From the NCBI RefSeq assembly GCF_902713615.1, contig NC_052155.1:58399654-58463653 (forward strand): 64,000 nt of DNA, given 5' to 3'. Shown piece by piece: positions 1-11,152 of this stretch (the first letter of the stretch is position 1; each line of letters opens with the position of its first letter). A program made the position numbers and the translations under genes. Source of the DNA: Scyliorhinus canicula. Its lineage: Eukaryota. The notes beneath the pieces are model-generated. The model ran no database searches. It had not been told where the DNA came from and was given only the letters and a program-made list of their open reading frames with translations.

Positions 1-303
1 GGGGTTTTTGGTTTATTGAACTTTGTTATTGAATTGGAACAGTTAAGGGGGAATTCATAAAGTGTTATACATAGATTACTGTAGCTGTGTGGTGTCTTTA
101 TTTTGTAATTGATAAAAATTCTTGCTATGTGTTTATATGTTAACTAAGCTCTTATAATAAAGCTTGTTTTGATTAAAGTGTCTAGGAAGACTGGTGAATC
201 ACACCTGAAGGGAAGGCTCATCCTAGCCAAATTCAACAAAAAGGTTGTAGGTCAGGTGAACTTCATAATATGCTATGGAGTTTCTAAACACTGGCCTATA
301 ACA
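1..303 (+). mobile_element. 3' part of an LTR (same family as 46504-47333)
   Basis: Ends GGTCAGGTGAACTTCATAATATGCTATGGAGTTTCTAAACACTGGCCTATAACA, similar to the end of the 46.5 kb LTR. Confidence 0.7.
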
Positions 304-926
304 ATAGATATTGGGTAAGTACAGGTTTGGGCACAATTATGATATATTCTGCAGTCAGTTAGCCTGCTGAACTGTATTCCAGTGAGGAAACTAAAGCCTT
401 CAGGAGAGGTTGGGAAAAAATTGGAAGTGGAGGGGGGGGGGGGGGGGGGGGGGGGAAGAGGAGAAACCAGCACTGTGAACATGCACACTCACAACTTTGA
501 ATTTAATTCACAATGTGAGAAACAGGTTTCAGAGCAAACTTTCTCTTGTTAAATTCGTTGGTACTCAGCAAGACTAACATTTATTGCGAATCCCTAATTG
601 TCCTTAAAAAGGGTGGAGGTGAGCCTCAATTGTTGCAGTCCATGTTATGAAATGAAATGAAAATCGCTTATTGTCACAAGTAGGCTTCAAATTAAGTTAC
701 CGTGAAAAGCCCCTAGTCGCCACATTCCGGCACCTATTCGGGGAGGCTGTTATGTAGATACACTCACAGTGTTGTTAGAGCGAGAGTTCCGTGAGTTTTT
801 CTCTTTATTCTTTCATGGAATGTGGGCGTCGCTAGCAAGGGCAGCATTTATTGCCCATCCCTAATATCAATTGAACTGAGTGGCAGTTAAGAGCCGACCA
901 CATTGATGTGGATCTTGAGTCACATA

Positions 927-1263
927 TAGAATCATAGAATGTATAGTGCAGAAGGAGGCCATTTGGCCCATTGAGTCTGCACCGGCCTTTGGAAAAAGCA
1001 CCCTACCTAAGCCCATACCTCCACCCTATATCCACACCTCCACCCTATCCCCGTAACCCCACCTAACCATTTTTGGACACCAAGGGCAATTTAGCATAGC
1101 CAATCCACCTGCACATCTTTGGAATGTGGGAGGAAACCGGAGAACCCGGAGGAAACCCACGCAGACATGGGGAGAATATACAGACTCTGCCCAGGCCGGG
1201 AATCAAACCTGGGACCCTGGAGCTGTGAAGCAACTGTGCTAACCACTGCTACCGTGTTGCCCT
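927..1263 (-). mobile_element. tRNA-derived SINE (HE1-like, TTCTATG-type tail) nested in an older SINE (about 800-1445)
   Basis: Family body GGATTGGCTATGCTAAATTGCCC and (TTCTATGA) tail on the minus strand. Confidence 0.85.
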
Positions 1264-1770
1264 TGACCAGGTAAGAACAGCAGATTTCCTTCCCTAAAGG
1301 ACATTAGTGAGCCAGATAGGTTTTTACAACAATTGACCATGGTTTCATGGTTATCATTTGACCATCTGCCATGGTGGGATTCAGAGCAGTACGTTGGGTC
1401 TCAGGATTACAAGTCCAGTGACAATACCACTGTGCCACAGCATCCCCAGCAACACTACTGACACAGTGAAAATTCATTTGACCTGGTTTAACTAGAGTAA
1501 CAGTTTCAATTTGAAAATATAACAATTGAGAAAATACTGACTTGTATTTAAATGCACTTGCAGGGATCATAAACAGATTCTATCCCACAACTGCCTCCAA
1601 GCTATGTGAATCCATAGCTCATCAGTTCCAACCTTCAAAGGCAATACAAAAAGGAGCAGTTGACATATTTTCAAATTCACAGCTAGTTGTTCAGGGAGAA
1701 AACAATAAGCCATTTACATGAGCTATTTTTTTGGCACAAATCAAATTCATATTATAGATCACCAACTCTC

Positions 1771-1773
<3 letters not shown>

Positions 1774-1810
<37 letters not shown>
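1774..1810. repeat. (TA)n microsatellite (another at 2474-2550)
   Basis: Direct reading. Confidence 0.95.
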
Positions 1811-1813
<3 letters not shown>

Positions 1814-2256
1814 GAAATAATCAAACTACGCAACTTCATTATTTCTGTGCAAGTTTCACATACAAGCAGAAATACTATAGTCACGGAGTAAAGGTAACAA
1901 AAGAATCACTCAAGTGTGGAGTACTTGCTTTTTAGTCTGTTCTACTCTAACTCTGCTTGGTTAATGGTTTTTGATCAGCTGAATTTCACTTTTCCCATTG
2001 CAGAACTTCCTGATGAACTCCCTTCATTTTCTCCAAATCTTGGCTGGGAATCCCCCCCCCCCCCCCCCCCCCGTTTTTGACGGGGAGGGGGGGCGAATAG
2101 GAGCTTGTAACAGACTGGCAGCCTTGAAGATTCTAATTGTGGCTAAATCTACTGATGTACTGTGGTGCCACAGTCTGTAGACTATTATTTTTTTTTATAA
2201 ATGTTTTTTTATTGGGTTTTTGAACAAGGTATAATTACCGTTATGTACACAGGATA

Positions 2257-2471
2257 AGAAACATAGAACATAGAACAGTACAGCACAAAACAGGCCCTTC
2301 GGCCCTCGATGTTGTGCCGAACAATGATCACCCTACTCAAACCCACGCTATACCCGTAACCCAACAACCTTACTTTTAAGGACACTACGGGCAATTTAGC
2401 ATGGCCAATCCACCTAACCCGCACATCTTTGGACTGTGGGAAGAAACCGGAGCACCCGGAGGAAACCCACG

Positions 2472-2474
<3 letters not shown>
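2257..2474 (-). mobile_element. HE1-like SINE, 5' end lost at a (TA)n tract
   Basis: Tail and body nearly identical to 13094-13443. Confidence 0.85.
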
Positions 2475-2545
<71 letters not shown>

Positions 2546-2773
2546 TATATAGAAGAGAATGTAGACTATTACTTAAATATAGTCCATTTAAATATTTTGG
2601 GGGCAGAGAATCAAGGGAGAATCCCAAAATGACATTTATGCTGGCAGGATTTCCCCACTGAATTGTCCTTGCCCCCGCCAATTACTTAATAGAGCTCCCG
2701 CCATGAAAGGTCGGGAACCCCATTACGATACATTCAAATATCGTTAGCGGGCTTTCCCGCTCTATTGTCACCC

Positions 2774-2994
2774 TGATACACCATCAATAACACATGACGA
2801 GTGATGAACGTAACGGAGGCTTTAATATACTAAACAGCAAGCCTCCTGGCCTCTGGACCCGAACTGGGTCCAGAGGCGGAGACTTGCCACCTTTATACCG
2901 AAGCCCGAGGGGAGAAGCCACAGGCGGAGCCAGCCTGGACAAGCCCAGGCATGCACAATACAATACATATAATGCAATAACATGGTTTACCACA
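2774..2994 (-). mobile_element. Solo LTR related to Gypsy A
   Basis: Minus strand reads TGTGGTAAA...GGCTCCGCC...TATAAA...TATTAAAGCCTC...ATTGATGGTGTATCA, the same layout as the Gypsy A LTR. Flanks CACCC/TACCC form a near-TSD. Confidence 0.8.
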
Positions 2995-3356
2995 TACCCC
3001 ATGCTGGGAATTCCCCCTTTCATGGGGTTCCTGTCTCTGTGGCGGAGACCCATTTTTTTTCAAGATCAGGGCACTCTCCCAATCGCTTGAAGCTTAAGGT
3101 TTCTGGCGAGGTGAACTCTGACATTGTGGGTCCTGCCTCCAGAATTTTGTTTTGGCTAGGTGTCCAAAAACATGGCAGTGGAACCAGAATTGGCATTTAG
3201 TCAAAAAATTATACCAATCCTGCCACTTGTGAACCCCTCATCTAAACAATATTAATTCCTATCATGACCTAATAGAAAAATCACCAAAACAAATTTACAC
3301 AATAAATGTATGCATGAAGTGCACCCATATAATTGTATAACATTAAAAATACTGTG

Positions 3357-3454
3357 GATTTTTGCATTTAAATTTAATTTATTGTAAGAAAATGAATAAT
3401 ATTGAGATTTTTGCATTTAAATTTAATTTATTGTAAGAAAATGAATAATATTGA
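3357..3454. repeat. Perfect 2 x 49-bp tandem duplication
   Basis: GATTTTTGCATTTAAATTTAATTTATTGTAAGAAAATGAATAATATTGA twice. Confidence 0.95.
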
Positions 3455-4143
3455 GATCTTTGGTCTCTCAAGGATTTGGGGATTGTATAGGAAAGTTGGG
3501 TTGAAACCCGAATGCAGCCATGATTCATCGAGTTAAAGTCTGTGTGACAAATTCGTACAAATAAAGAGTCTTTAAGTGAATACGGTCAGTCTTGTGTCAT
3601 TTATGAACCCTCGAGGAGATGAGGGGGCAACACTGCACTCTATTGATGCTGGCCTCTTGCACACCCCAATTTGGAACAGTGACCACGTCTCTGGAATACC
3701 TTCCTTACCTAACTTTCCATCTTCAGGCCACTCCTTGAAACTGCATTGCTTTGACGACGATTTTGGTCATCTGTCCTAATATTATTATTAGTATTGCAGA
3801 ACAGGCCAGGGAGGCCAAGAGGAGCGGCAACCGCAACAAAGCCGAATGCAGCTCGGGTATTAGAGAAATCTTGCCACATTCACAGCTCCCCACAGTGATA
3901 GTAATCACCAAACCTCCTGTGCCAGGGGGTGGAAGGGAAGGAGGGAGAGAGGAAGGATGTATCTACACACTGGGCCCCGAGGAGGAAAACCCAGGCTGAA
4001 AGAAAATTAATCTCCCACCCCCACTTTCACATGAATTTTGCCAAGGCCAAATTTGCTTGTATGCCAGCAGAAGCCATGGCAAGGTTGGTGTTGGTCAAAC
4101 CCAACTCCTTCACTCAACTTTGGTCCGCTCCATCTTGGGGAGG

Positions 4144-4302
4144 GAGCTGGTTTAGCACAGTGGGCTAAACAGCTGGCTTGTAATGCAGAACAAGGCCAGC
4201 AGCGCAGGTTCAATTCCCGAACTGGTGCCGGAATGTGGCGACTAGGGGATTTTCACAGTAACTTCATTGAAGCCTACTTGTGACAATAAGCGATTATTAT
4301 TA
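4144..4302 (+). mobile_element. Short tRNA-head SINE with GTGACAATAAGCGATT tail (also 36611-36792; tail fragments 650-750, 26490-26580, 42540-42715)
   Basis: A/B-box-like head (GGTTTAGCACAGTGG...GGTTCAATTCC) and a tail shared between copies. Confidence 0.8.
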
Positions 4303-5589
4303 TATCTCTTTACATAACTCAGTGTCATATTTCAATTTATAGACATATATTTAAACTCCCTTCAATGCAAGTTGGCATTGTTAAACTTTTTCCCAGCTAA
4401 CAATAAGTCACAGGCATGAAATGTTAACCTGTTTTGTTCTTCCTCCATAGATGCTGCCTGATCTGCTGAGTACTTCCAGCATTTCCTGTTTTTCCTTCAG
4501 ATTTCCAGCATCCAGGGTTTCACCTTTTGTACCCGACCATAAGATAGTCATTAATGAATCCAACAGGATATTAGTGAGAAACTTCTTTACCCACAACGTG
4601 GAACAAAAACAGAAAATGTTGGACAATCTCAACAGGTCTGACAACATCTGTGGAAAGAGAACAAAGCTAACGTTTCTAGTCTGGATTTCTCTGTAAAGCT
4701 AGAGGGAACAGCAAATAGGGTCAGATTTATACTGTTTTGAGAGCGGGGTGGGGGGGGAGCTTGTAGCAGTGGAGCTGGATGGAGGGACAGCAATAGGTAG
4801 AGAGAGACAAAGATGTTATGGGCATCTTTTTTAAAAATGTGTTCATGGGATGAGGACGTCACTGGCTGTGCCAGCATTTGTTGCCCATCCCTGAGGGCAT
4901 TTAAGTGTCATACATGTACGTATAGGCCAGACCAGGTATGGACAGCAATTACCTTCCCATTAATGAACCAGATGGGTTTTTCCAACATCAACAATATTTC
5001 ATGGTCATCATTAAGACTTTTAATTCCAGATTTTAAAAAAAAATCAGATACAAATTTCACCATCGTGGCAGGATTCGAACCCAGTCCCAGGAGCATTATC
5101 ATGGGTCTCTGGATTACTAGTCCAACAATATCACCACGCCACTGCCCCCTCCCTCAATGTAAAATGGGGGTGATAATGACTATGTGGGGTGCTGACAGTG
5201 GTACATTAAGAGATCAGAATGTGTTAATAGCTGAACAGAGGGTAAATATTGTGCCAAAGGATAACTTGGAACAGGGAACAGATGGCTCAAGTGGGGTATG
5301 GCGGAGGAGACAATGTTGAAGGAAAAATGGACCCATGGAAGAAATGAAAATAGATAGAAATAAATAGGGTGAAGGTGAAAGAGAGCATTCACAGTCTCAA
5401 ATTGTTGAACTCAATGTTAACAGCGCTGTATTGGGCCATCATGTGAGGTGGATGACAAAATGAATCTAGGAGAAATAAAGCAGAACAAATCCATGCAGCA
5501 GAAAAGAATAAGAGGATCATGATGGTGAAGCTGCAGCTTGTTTGGAGCACAAACACCGACCTATGCCTCCTGGACCCAGCAGCTTATTG

Positions 5590-5915
5590 CTGCGCCAATG
5601 AATTGGTTGGCATCCAATAGTTTTTTTTTAAAATCGGTGCATTAGTGAGTGCGTCGTACAACAACATCAGGTTTAACTTAAGAATCGGTACCTCTGCCGT
5701 CCCTCCCGCGCGGACTTCTCGGACAATTTAAGCCGCTCGGCTCCCGCTGCCGGAAAATGTCTGCTGCGCTTTACGCCTTTCGTTGCCAGTGGCAACCCCC
5801 CAGGCCCGGGGCCTGGGTGGCTCAGCAATTGGTTGGTGGAGTTGAGTGAGCGATCAGTCGTTTTAAAACCCGGTGATTTCACCGCTAGCAGATGAGGATT
5901 AGGGGAGGTAATCAC
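5590..5915. promoter_or_regulatory. CpG-rich promoter-like region with CCAAT boxes, ETS core and RFX X-box
   Basis: CCAAT/ATTGG at 5595, 5602 and 5614; CCGGAA near 5750; X-box GTTGCCAGTGGCAAC at 5782-5796; + donor GAG|GTAATC at 5908. No recognisable repeat. Confidence 0.55.
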
Positions 5916-6654
5916 TGGCGTTTATGATTTTTTTAAAACTCCTGTTCGTCGCCGGGATTTCCAACCCCCCCCCCCCTGCTCTCCCCTCCCCCAATGATTC
6001 TTCATTTCTCGGCGAGAGATTACTCCTGTAATTTAGATTCCGGTTATACTAACGCTAATGAAGGCAAATATCACACCTGCCCATTACTTTGCAACAAACT
6101 GGGATATTTCAAGTTAAACGAAAGCACCCCACTTGACAAGACAGTAATACTAATATACCCACCAATCCAATGAATCAGGCATTGGCCACCATTTTCTCCC
6201 TCTTGTCACACTGAGCACTTCAGAATCCAGGTTCATTTCCTTCTTACGCTCCTGTCCCATGGGATTTTCCGTTAGCCGGAGTAAGACAACTTGCATTTAT
6301 GTCACATATTTAAAATAAAGAATGACTTCTCTGTTAAGCATAAAGAAAACGGATGCAAGGGCAGAAAGGGAGAGACAGGGTGTCCAAAGGCTTGTTTGAA
6401 TCGTTCGAATTTCAAGTAGTTTTTTTTAAAAAAGGAAACCGATTGAAGAGCTTCAGGGGTGAAATTCCATAAATTCCATAAAATAGGCACTACCAGGGAG
6501 GAGGGTGGGGAGACAACAATGTGAGATAAGGTTGCATTAAAAGCCGAAATAGAAGAAATACATGTTTAATGCAAGAGGATATACAAATGGAGGAGGTTAC
6601 AGAAGGCAATGCCATAAAAATGAGAACAGGTATTTGAAATTTAACACATTCCAG

Positions 6655-6990
6655 AGGTGGTGGCGTAGTGATATTGTCATTGGATCAGTAATCCAGAAAC
6701 CCCGGTAATGCTCTGGGTACTCAGGTTCGAATCCTGTCATGGCAGGTGATGAAATTTGAATTCAATAAAAAATCTGGAATTAGAAGTCTAATGATGACCA
6801 TGAATCCATTGTCGATTGTCAGAAAACCCCATCAGGTTCACTAATGTCCTTTAGGAAAGGAAATCTGCCGTCTTTACCTGGTCTGGACTACATGTGACTC
6901 CAGTTCCACAGCAATGTGGTAGACTCTTTAAAATGCCTGCGACACCCACATCTCAAGAATAAAGAAAAATAATTAGGGTATGGGAAATGT
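6655..6990 (+). mobile_element. tRNA-head SINE of a third family (copies about 800-1445 -, 4830-5145 -, 61480-61875 -)
   Basis: GGTGGCGTAGTG...GGTTCGAATCC head; body CACTAATGTCCTTTAGG..AAGGAAATCTGCC shared between copies. Confidence 0.8.
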
Positions 6991-7069
6991 AGATTGGAGG
7001 TAATGGGCGATTGTGACTTAGTGTTGGATAGAATTGTTTTATAAAGCTTTTGCATAACTGATCTGATAA

Positions 7070-7510
7070 GATACTGATTAAAAATCTCCCTATCTCAGCC
7101 TTGAACATACTCAATGACCCAGTCTCTACAGCCCTCTGCAGTAAAGGATTCCACAGATTCATTCCAAATCTCTGATCTAAATGGGCGCCCTCTTGCTCTA
7201 AGATTATGCCCTCTGGTCCTGAGCTCTCCCACAAGGGGAAACAACCTCTCAGCATCTACCTTGCCAAGCCCCCTGAGAATCTTATATGTCTCAATAAGGT
7301 CGTCACTCAGTCTTCTAAACTCCATTGAGTACAGGCCCAAACTACTCAACCTCTCCTCATATGAAAATCCCTTCATACCTGGGATCAACCTAATGAACCT
7401 ACTTTGGGCTGCCTTCAATACCAGTATATCTTAGATAAGGGGACCAAAACTGTTCACAATATTCCAGGTGTTGTCTAACTAGTACATTGTATCGTTTCAA
7501 CAAAACTTCT
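7070..7510 (-). mobile_element. CR1 LINE 3' fragment
   Basis: FSYEERLSSLGLYSMEFRR..DLIETYKIL.GL. Confidence 0.85.
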
Positions 7511-7535
7511 CTTTCTGTCTCGTTTTAAGTTCCAT

Positions 7536-8258
7536 GGGAGTGATTCTCCCAAAGGGAGACAAAGTGCCGACGCCGGAGTGAAAACCGGAGTGTTTCACTC
7601 TGGCGTCGGAGGCCGCTCCTCGCCCCCTATTCTCCCACCCCCAGGGGGATAGGAGCGGCGGCGCGTCAATTTTGCGTGCCGGGCCTTGGCGCCCGCGTCA
7701 AAGCGGCGCTGCCTAAATGACGCGGCAGGCGGGGCCTAAATGACATCACCCGCGCATGCGCAGGTTGGCCGGCACCAACCCGCGCATGTGCGGTTGCCGT
7801 CCTCCCCTCCGCCGCCCCGCAAGACATGGAGGATTGATCTTGCAGGGCTGCGGAGGGAAAAGAGTGCGTCTTTCAGGTACGCCGGCCCGACGATCGGTGG
7901 GCACCGATCGTGGGCCAGACCCCTCCTGAGCACCGCCCTGGTGCTTGATCCCCCCCCCCCCCCCCCCCCCCCGCACAGGCTCCACATGCAGCGGCCGCGC
8001 GCTGTTCATGCTGGCAGCAACCAGGTGTGGTTGGCGCCGGCAAGAACCGGTCGGATTAGGCAGGCCGCTCGGCCCATCTGGGCCGGAGAATCGGCACTCG
8101 ACCGGAGCGGCGATTCTCCGAGTGGCCTGTCGCAAAACGCGACACGCTGTTTTGAGGGGGGTGGGAGAATCGCGTGCGGGTGCCAGGGCGGCGTGGCATG
8201 AATCGCCCGGCACTCCCTCGATTCTCCCACCCGGCGTGGGGGTCGGAGAATCGCGCCC
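7536..8258. mobile_element. GC-rich non-autonomous DNA transposon (PIF/Harbinger-like MITE)
   Basis: Terminal inverted repeats GGGAGTGATTCTCC / GGAGAATCGCGCCC (12/14), repeated GATTCTCC/GGAGAATC subterminal motifs, no coherent ORF. Superfamily assignment is inferred. Confidence 0.7.
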
Positions 8259-8909
8259 CCAGATCTTTAGTCATCCAGAAAGCTTTAGATGCCTTTCCTT
8301 TCCGTGTATCTGAATGATCTATTCTTTGAAATCCTCCCAGTGTTCAGTTACTGTTTTCTCAACCATTTTTTGATGCCAACTTACCTGAACCAAATTGCTT
8401 TCAACTGAATAAGGTTAGACCCCCCCCTCCAGTTAAGGATTTTTACCCTTGCTTGCTTCCGATGTTTTTCCATATGATGATATGGTCACTGTTGCCCAAA
8501 TACTCACCCACTAAACCATGCCCCACATTATTCCCCAGAACTAGTTTCTGCACTACTTCCTTTCTCAGTGGGCTGGGTACATTTCAGTAATTCTTCCCTC
8601 ATTTCCCTGTGTACACATATGAACCCAGTCTTTATTAGGATAATTTAAGAGCTGCAATGTCACTTGAAATTCTTGCATCTGTTTCTAATTTGTATGCATA
8701 TTTACTCCCCCATCTCCTTTCCACGATTTGTTAGCCTATAGTATAAACAGCAGAAAAAACTGCCCTATTGTTCCTTAATACTAAGAAAGTAGACTCTGCT
8801 TTGATCCCTCATCCTTGTACATTGCTTTAATAATTTCATTGGTCAAAATTTTCAACCTTTTTTCTCATCTTTGCTGAATACATTGTAGCCTGGAATATCA
8901 AATTCCTAC

Positions 8910-8941
<32 letters not shown>

Positions 8942-9142
8942 CTTTGAGCCAGTGCTGCTATTTCCACTTTGTCTTAATCCCATGTGTCGAATCTGCAGCT
9001 CACCACTCCAAACCCACCTTAGATTGCTTCATATTTCCCCATTGTCTGCTCCCTCCCGTTTCTGATTTTTTAAAAATTCCATTGTTGCTTGTGTCTCTGA
9101 GTCCTCTGTGCACTATTGTTTCCTTCTAATGTCCATAATCCT

Positions 9143-9369
9143 TTTAAAAAAATAAATTTAGAGTACCCAATTATTTTTTCCAATTAAGGGGCAATTTAGC
9201 GTGGCCAATCCACCTATCCTGCACATCTTTTGGGTTGTGGGGGTGAAACCCACGCAGACACGGAGAGAATGTGCAAACTCCTCACGGACAGTGACCCAGG
9301 GCCGGGATTCGAGCCCGGGTCCTCAGCGGCGTAAGCAGCAATGCTAACCACTGTGCCACCGTGCTGCCC
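9143..9369 (-). mobile_element. HE1-like SINE, poly(A)-tail type
   Basis: 16-bp TSD TAATGTCCATAATCCT (9127-42, 9370-85). Confidence 0.9.
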
Positions 9370-10024
9370 TAATGTCCATAATCCTGTTAACTTTGTTTAA
9401 ACCCTTCCACTCAGCTCTGTTAATGTTCCACAGGGACATTGTTCTTAGCTCTGTTGACCTGTGACTCTTCCACTTCAATCAGGTCCCTCCTGCCCCGAAT
9501 TAGTCCAGGTTGCCCCAGGACCTGCCCTGGAATCTGATGAAAAAGATTGCCACCCACGATGATTTGCCTTTTAACTTCCACATTAACTCCTAAACTCTGA
9601 CTGAAGTTCCTCCATTTTTTCCTTCCTACATTATTGGTTCCTACACGGATTATGACTTATAGCTGTACCTTTCCCCTCTCAAAAATATCCTGCACTCTTT
9701 CAGTGATGTCCTTTACCATGGCACTAGGAAAACAACACTATGCAAGACTCACCAGTTGCAGAAATGTCTGTCTATCCCCCTATCAAATATCCTCTGGCAA
9801 TTGCATTCACCATTTTGCTCTGCCCTGTGTGCAATCATTCTCCTCACTGCTATGAATGTGCTCTGGATTAAAATTCTCCAAGGTGTCATCGCTTGCATTA
9901 GTGATGCTGAAAATAGGTTTGAGAGTGCCATGCTCCTGATGGGTTGTTGCACTGCCTGTCTCTTCATACCTGGGTGGCAACTGTTTAATATTCTTCAGAA
10001 TTCTTTTGACTGCAGAGTAACCGC

Positions 10025-10655
10025 TGTTACGACACCCTGGGCTAGTGCGCGCTCAATTCCAGCCACACTTGACCCGGAGTCACAATACAATTAACCAAAG
10101 ATTTTAAGGTAAATACCCAAAGTCTTTGGCCCTTATGGGCCAATAATTACAGTCACTAGGCTTGTAAATGTAAACGCAATTACTTTAGTAGTAACAAGAA
10201 CTGTAATGAAATATGCAGCAAATACGACTGGTTAACAATTAATTCATAATTCCTTCTTTAACTTCCTTGCCCCACCCCCTCTACACACACCAGCACAAGA
10301 CATTCAAACACAGGCCAAGAATGGGGTTAAAAAATAAGTAAAAGGGAAAAAGAGTCTTTGCTTCAGATGGTTGTTTCCAAAACCTTACTCCTCTTCAAAC
10401 TCTTTTCAGTCTGAGGCTTTACTATAGATTCATTCAGGCCACCACATCTCTCTCTCTCTGGTGCTGAAAGGCCTGAAGCTCCTTTTCAAATTAGGAGAAA
10501 CTAGCATTGTTCGCTCCTGTAACTTCTGAATTCCTCATTCTCTCTTCTGCTTGACTTAAAGATACATGTCCATGAATAATCCATGGATCAAAAAAATGAT
10601 AATGGCAAAATAAAAGGAAGGGGAAATACGAGAATAAACAGGAAGGACCCTTACA
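10025..10655. mobile_element. Probable solo LTR inside a CR1 remnant
   Basis: TGTTACG...CCTTACA termini interrupting CR1-like sequence; no clean TSD. Confidence 0.45.
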
Positions 10656-10929
10656 TCCCCTTCTGGAATATGCATTCCAGGAAATTCTCCTATATTCTTT
10701 GACGAAAATCACGTCACTCTTCAAGCTTGAAAACCCAAAGCTTGAGTTTGACCATCTGGTAGAGGCACTTCCTATAGACATATTATCTAGGACTCATGAG
10801 ATGTCCTGGAAGTCCCACAGGAATTGCAAACAATCAGTCTACGATGTTGCATTAATTTGTTTAAAATGTATCTATTGGTCTTGCCAGGAGATGCCCAATA
10901 TTCATCTAGGGCAGGGGAGATAGCAGTTT

Positions 10930-11152
10930 TTTTTTAAAATTTAGATTACCCAATTATTTTTTCCAATTAATGGGCAATTTAGCGTGGCCAATCCACCTAC
11001 TCTGCACATTTTTGGGTTGTGGGGGCGAAACCCACGCAGACACGGGGAGAATGTGCAAACTCCACACGGACAGTGACCCAGAGCCGGGATCGAACCTGGG
11101 ACCTCAGCGCCGTGAGGCGGTTGTGCTAACCACTAGGCCACCGTGCTGCCCT
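10930..11152 (-). mobile_element. HE1-like SINE, poly(A)-tail type
   Basis: 13-bp TSD GAGATAGCAGTTT. Confidence 0.9.

Noticed and set aside
432-455. Long poly-G/poly-C runs (also near 2052, 7950, 8912, 28335, 51851)
   Set aside because: Simple homopolymers of uncertain length; no support for function beyond generic G-quadruplex potential.
1564-1720. Plus-strand frames after a CAG (IINRFYPTT...; HNCLQAM resembling RNF41-like text)
   Set aside because: Short, one frame stops at once, no GT donor, and no reliable homology.
6655-6740. tRNA-like A/B boxes here and at many SINE heads
   Set aside because: They continue into SINE bodies and do not form complete cloverleafs; not tRNA genes.
7736-8313. 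Several overlapping 70-155 aa ORFs on both strands
   Set aside because: By-product of high GC inside a TIR-bounded element; no recognisable domain.
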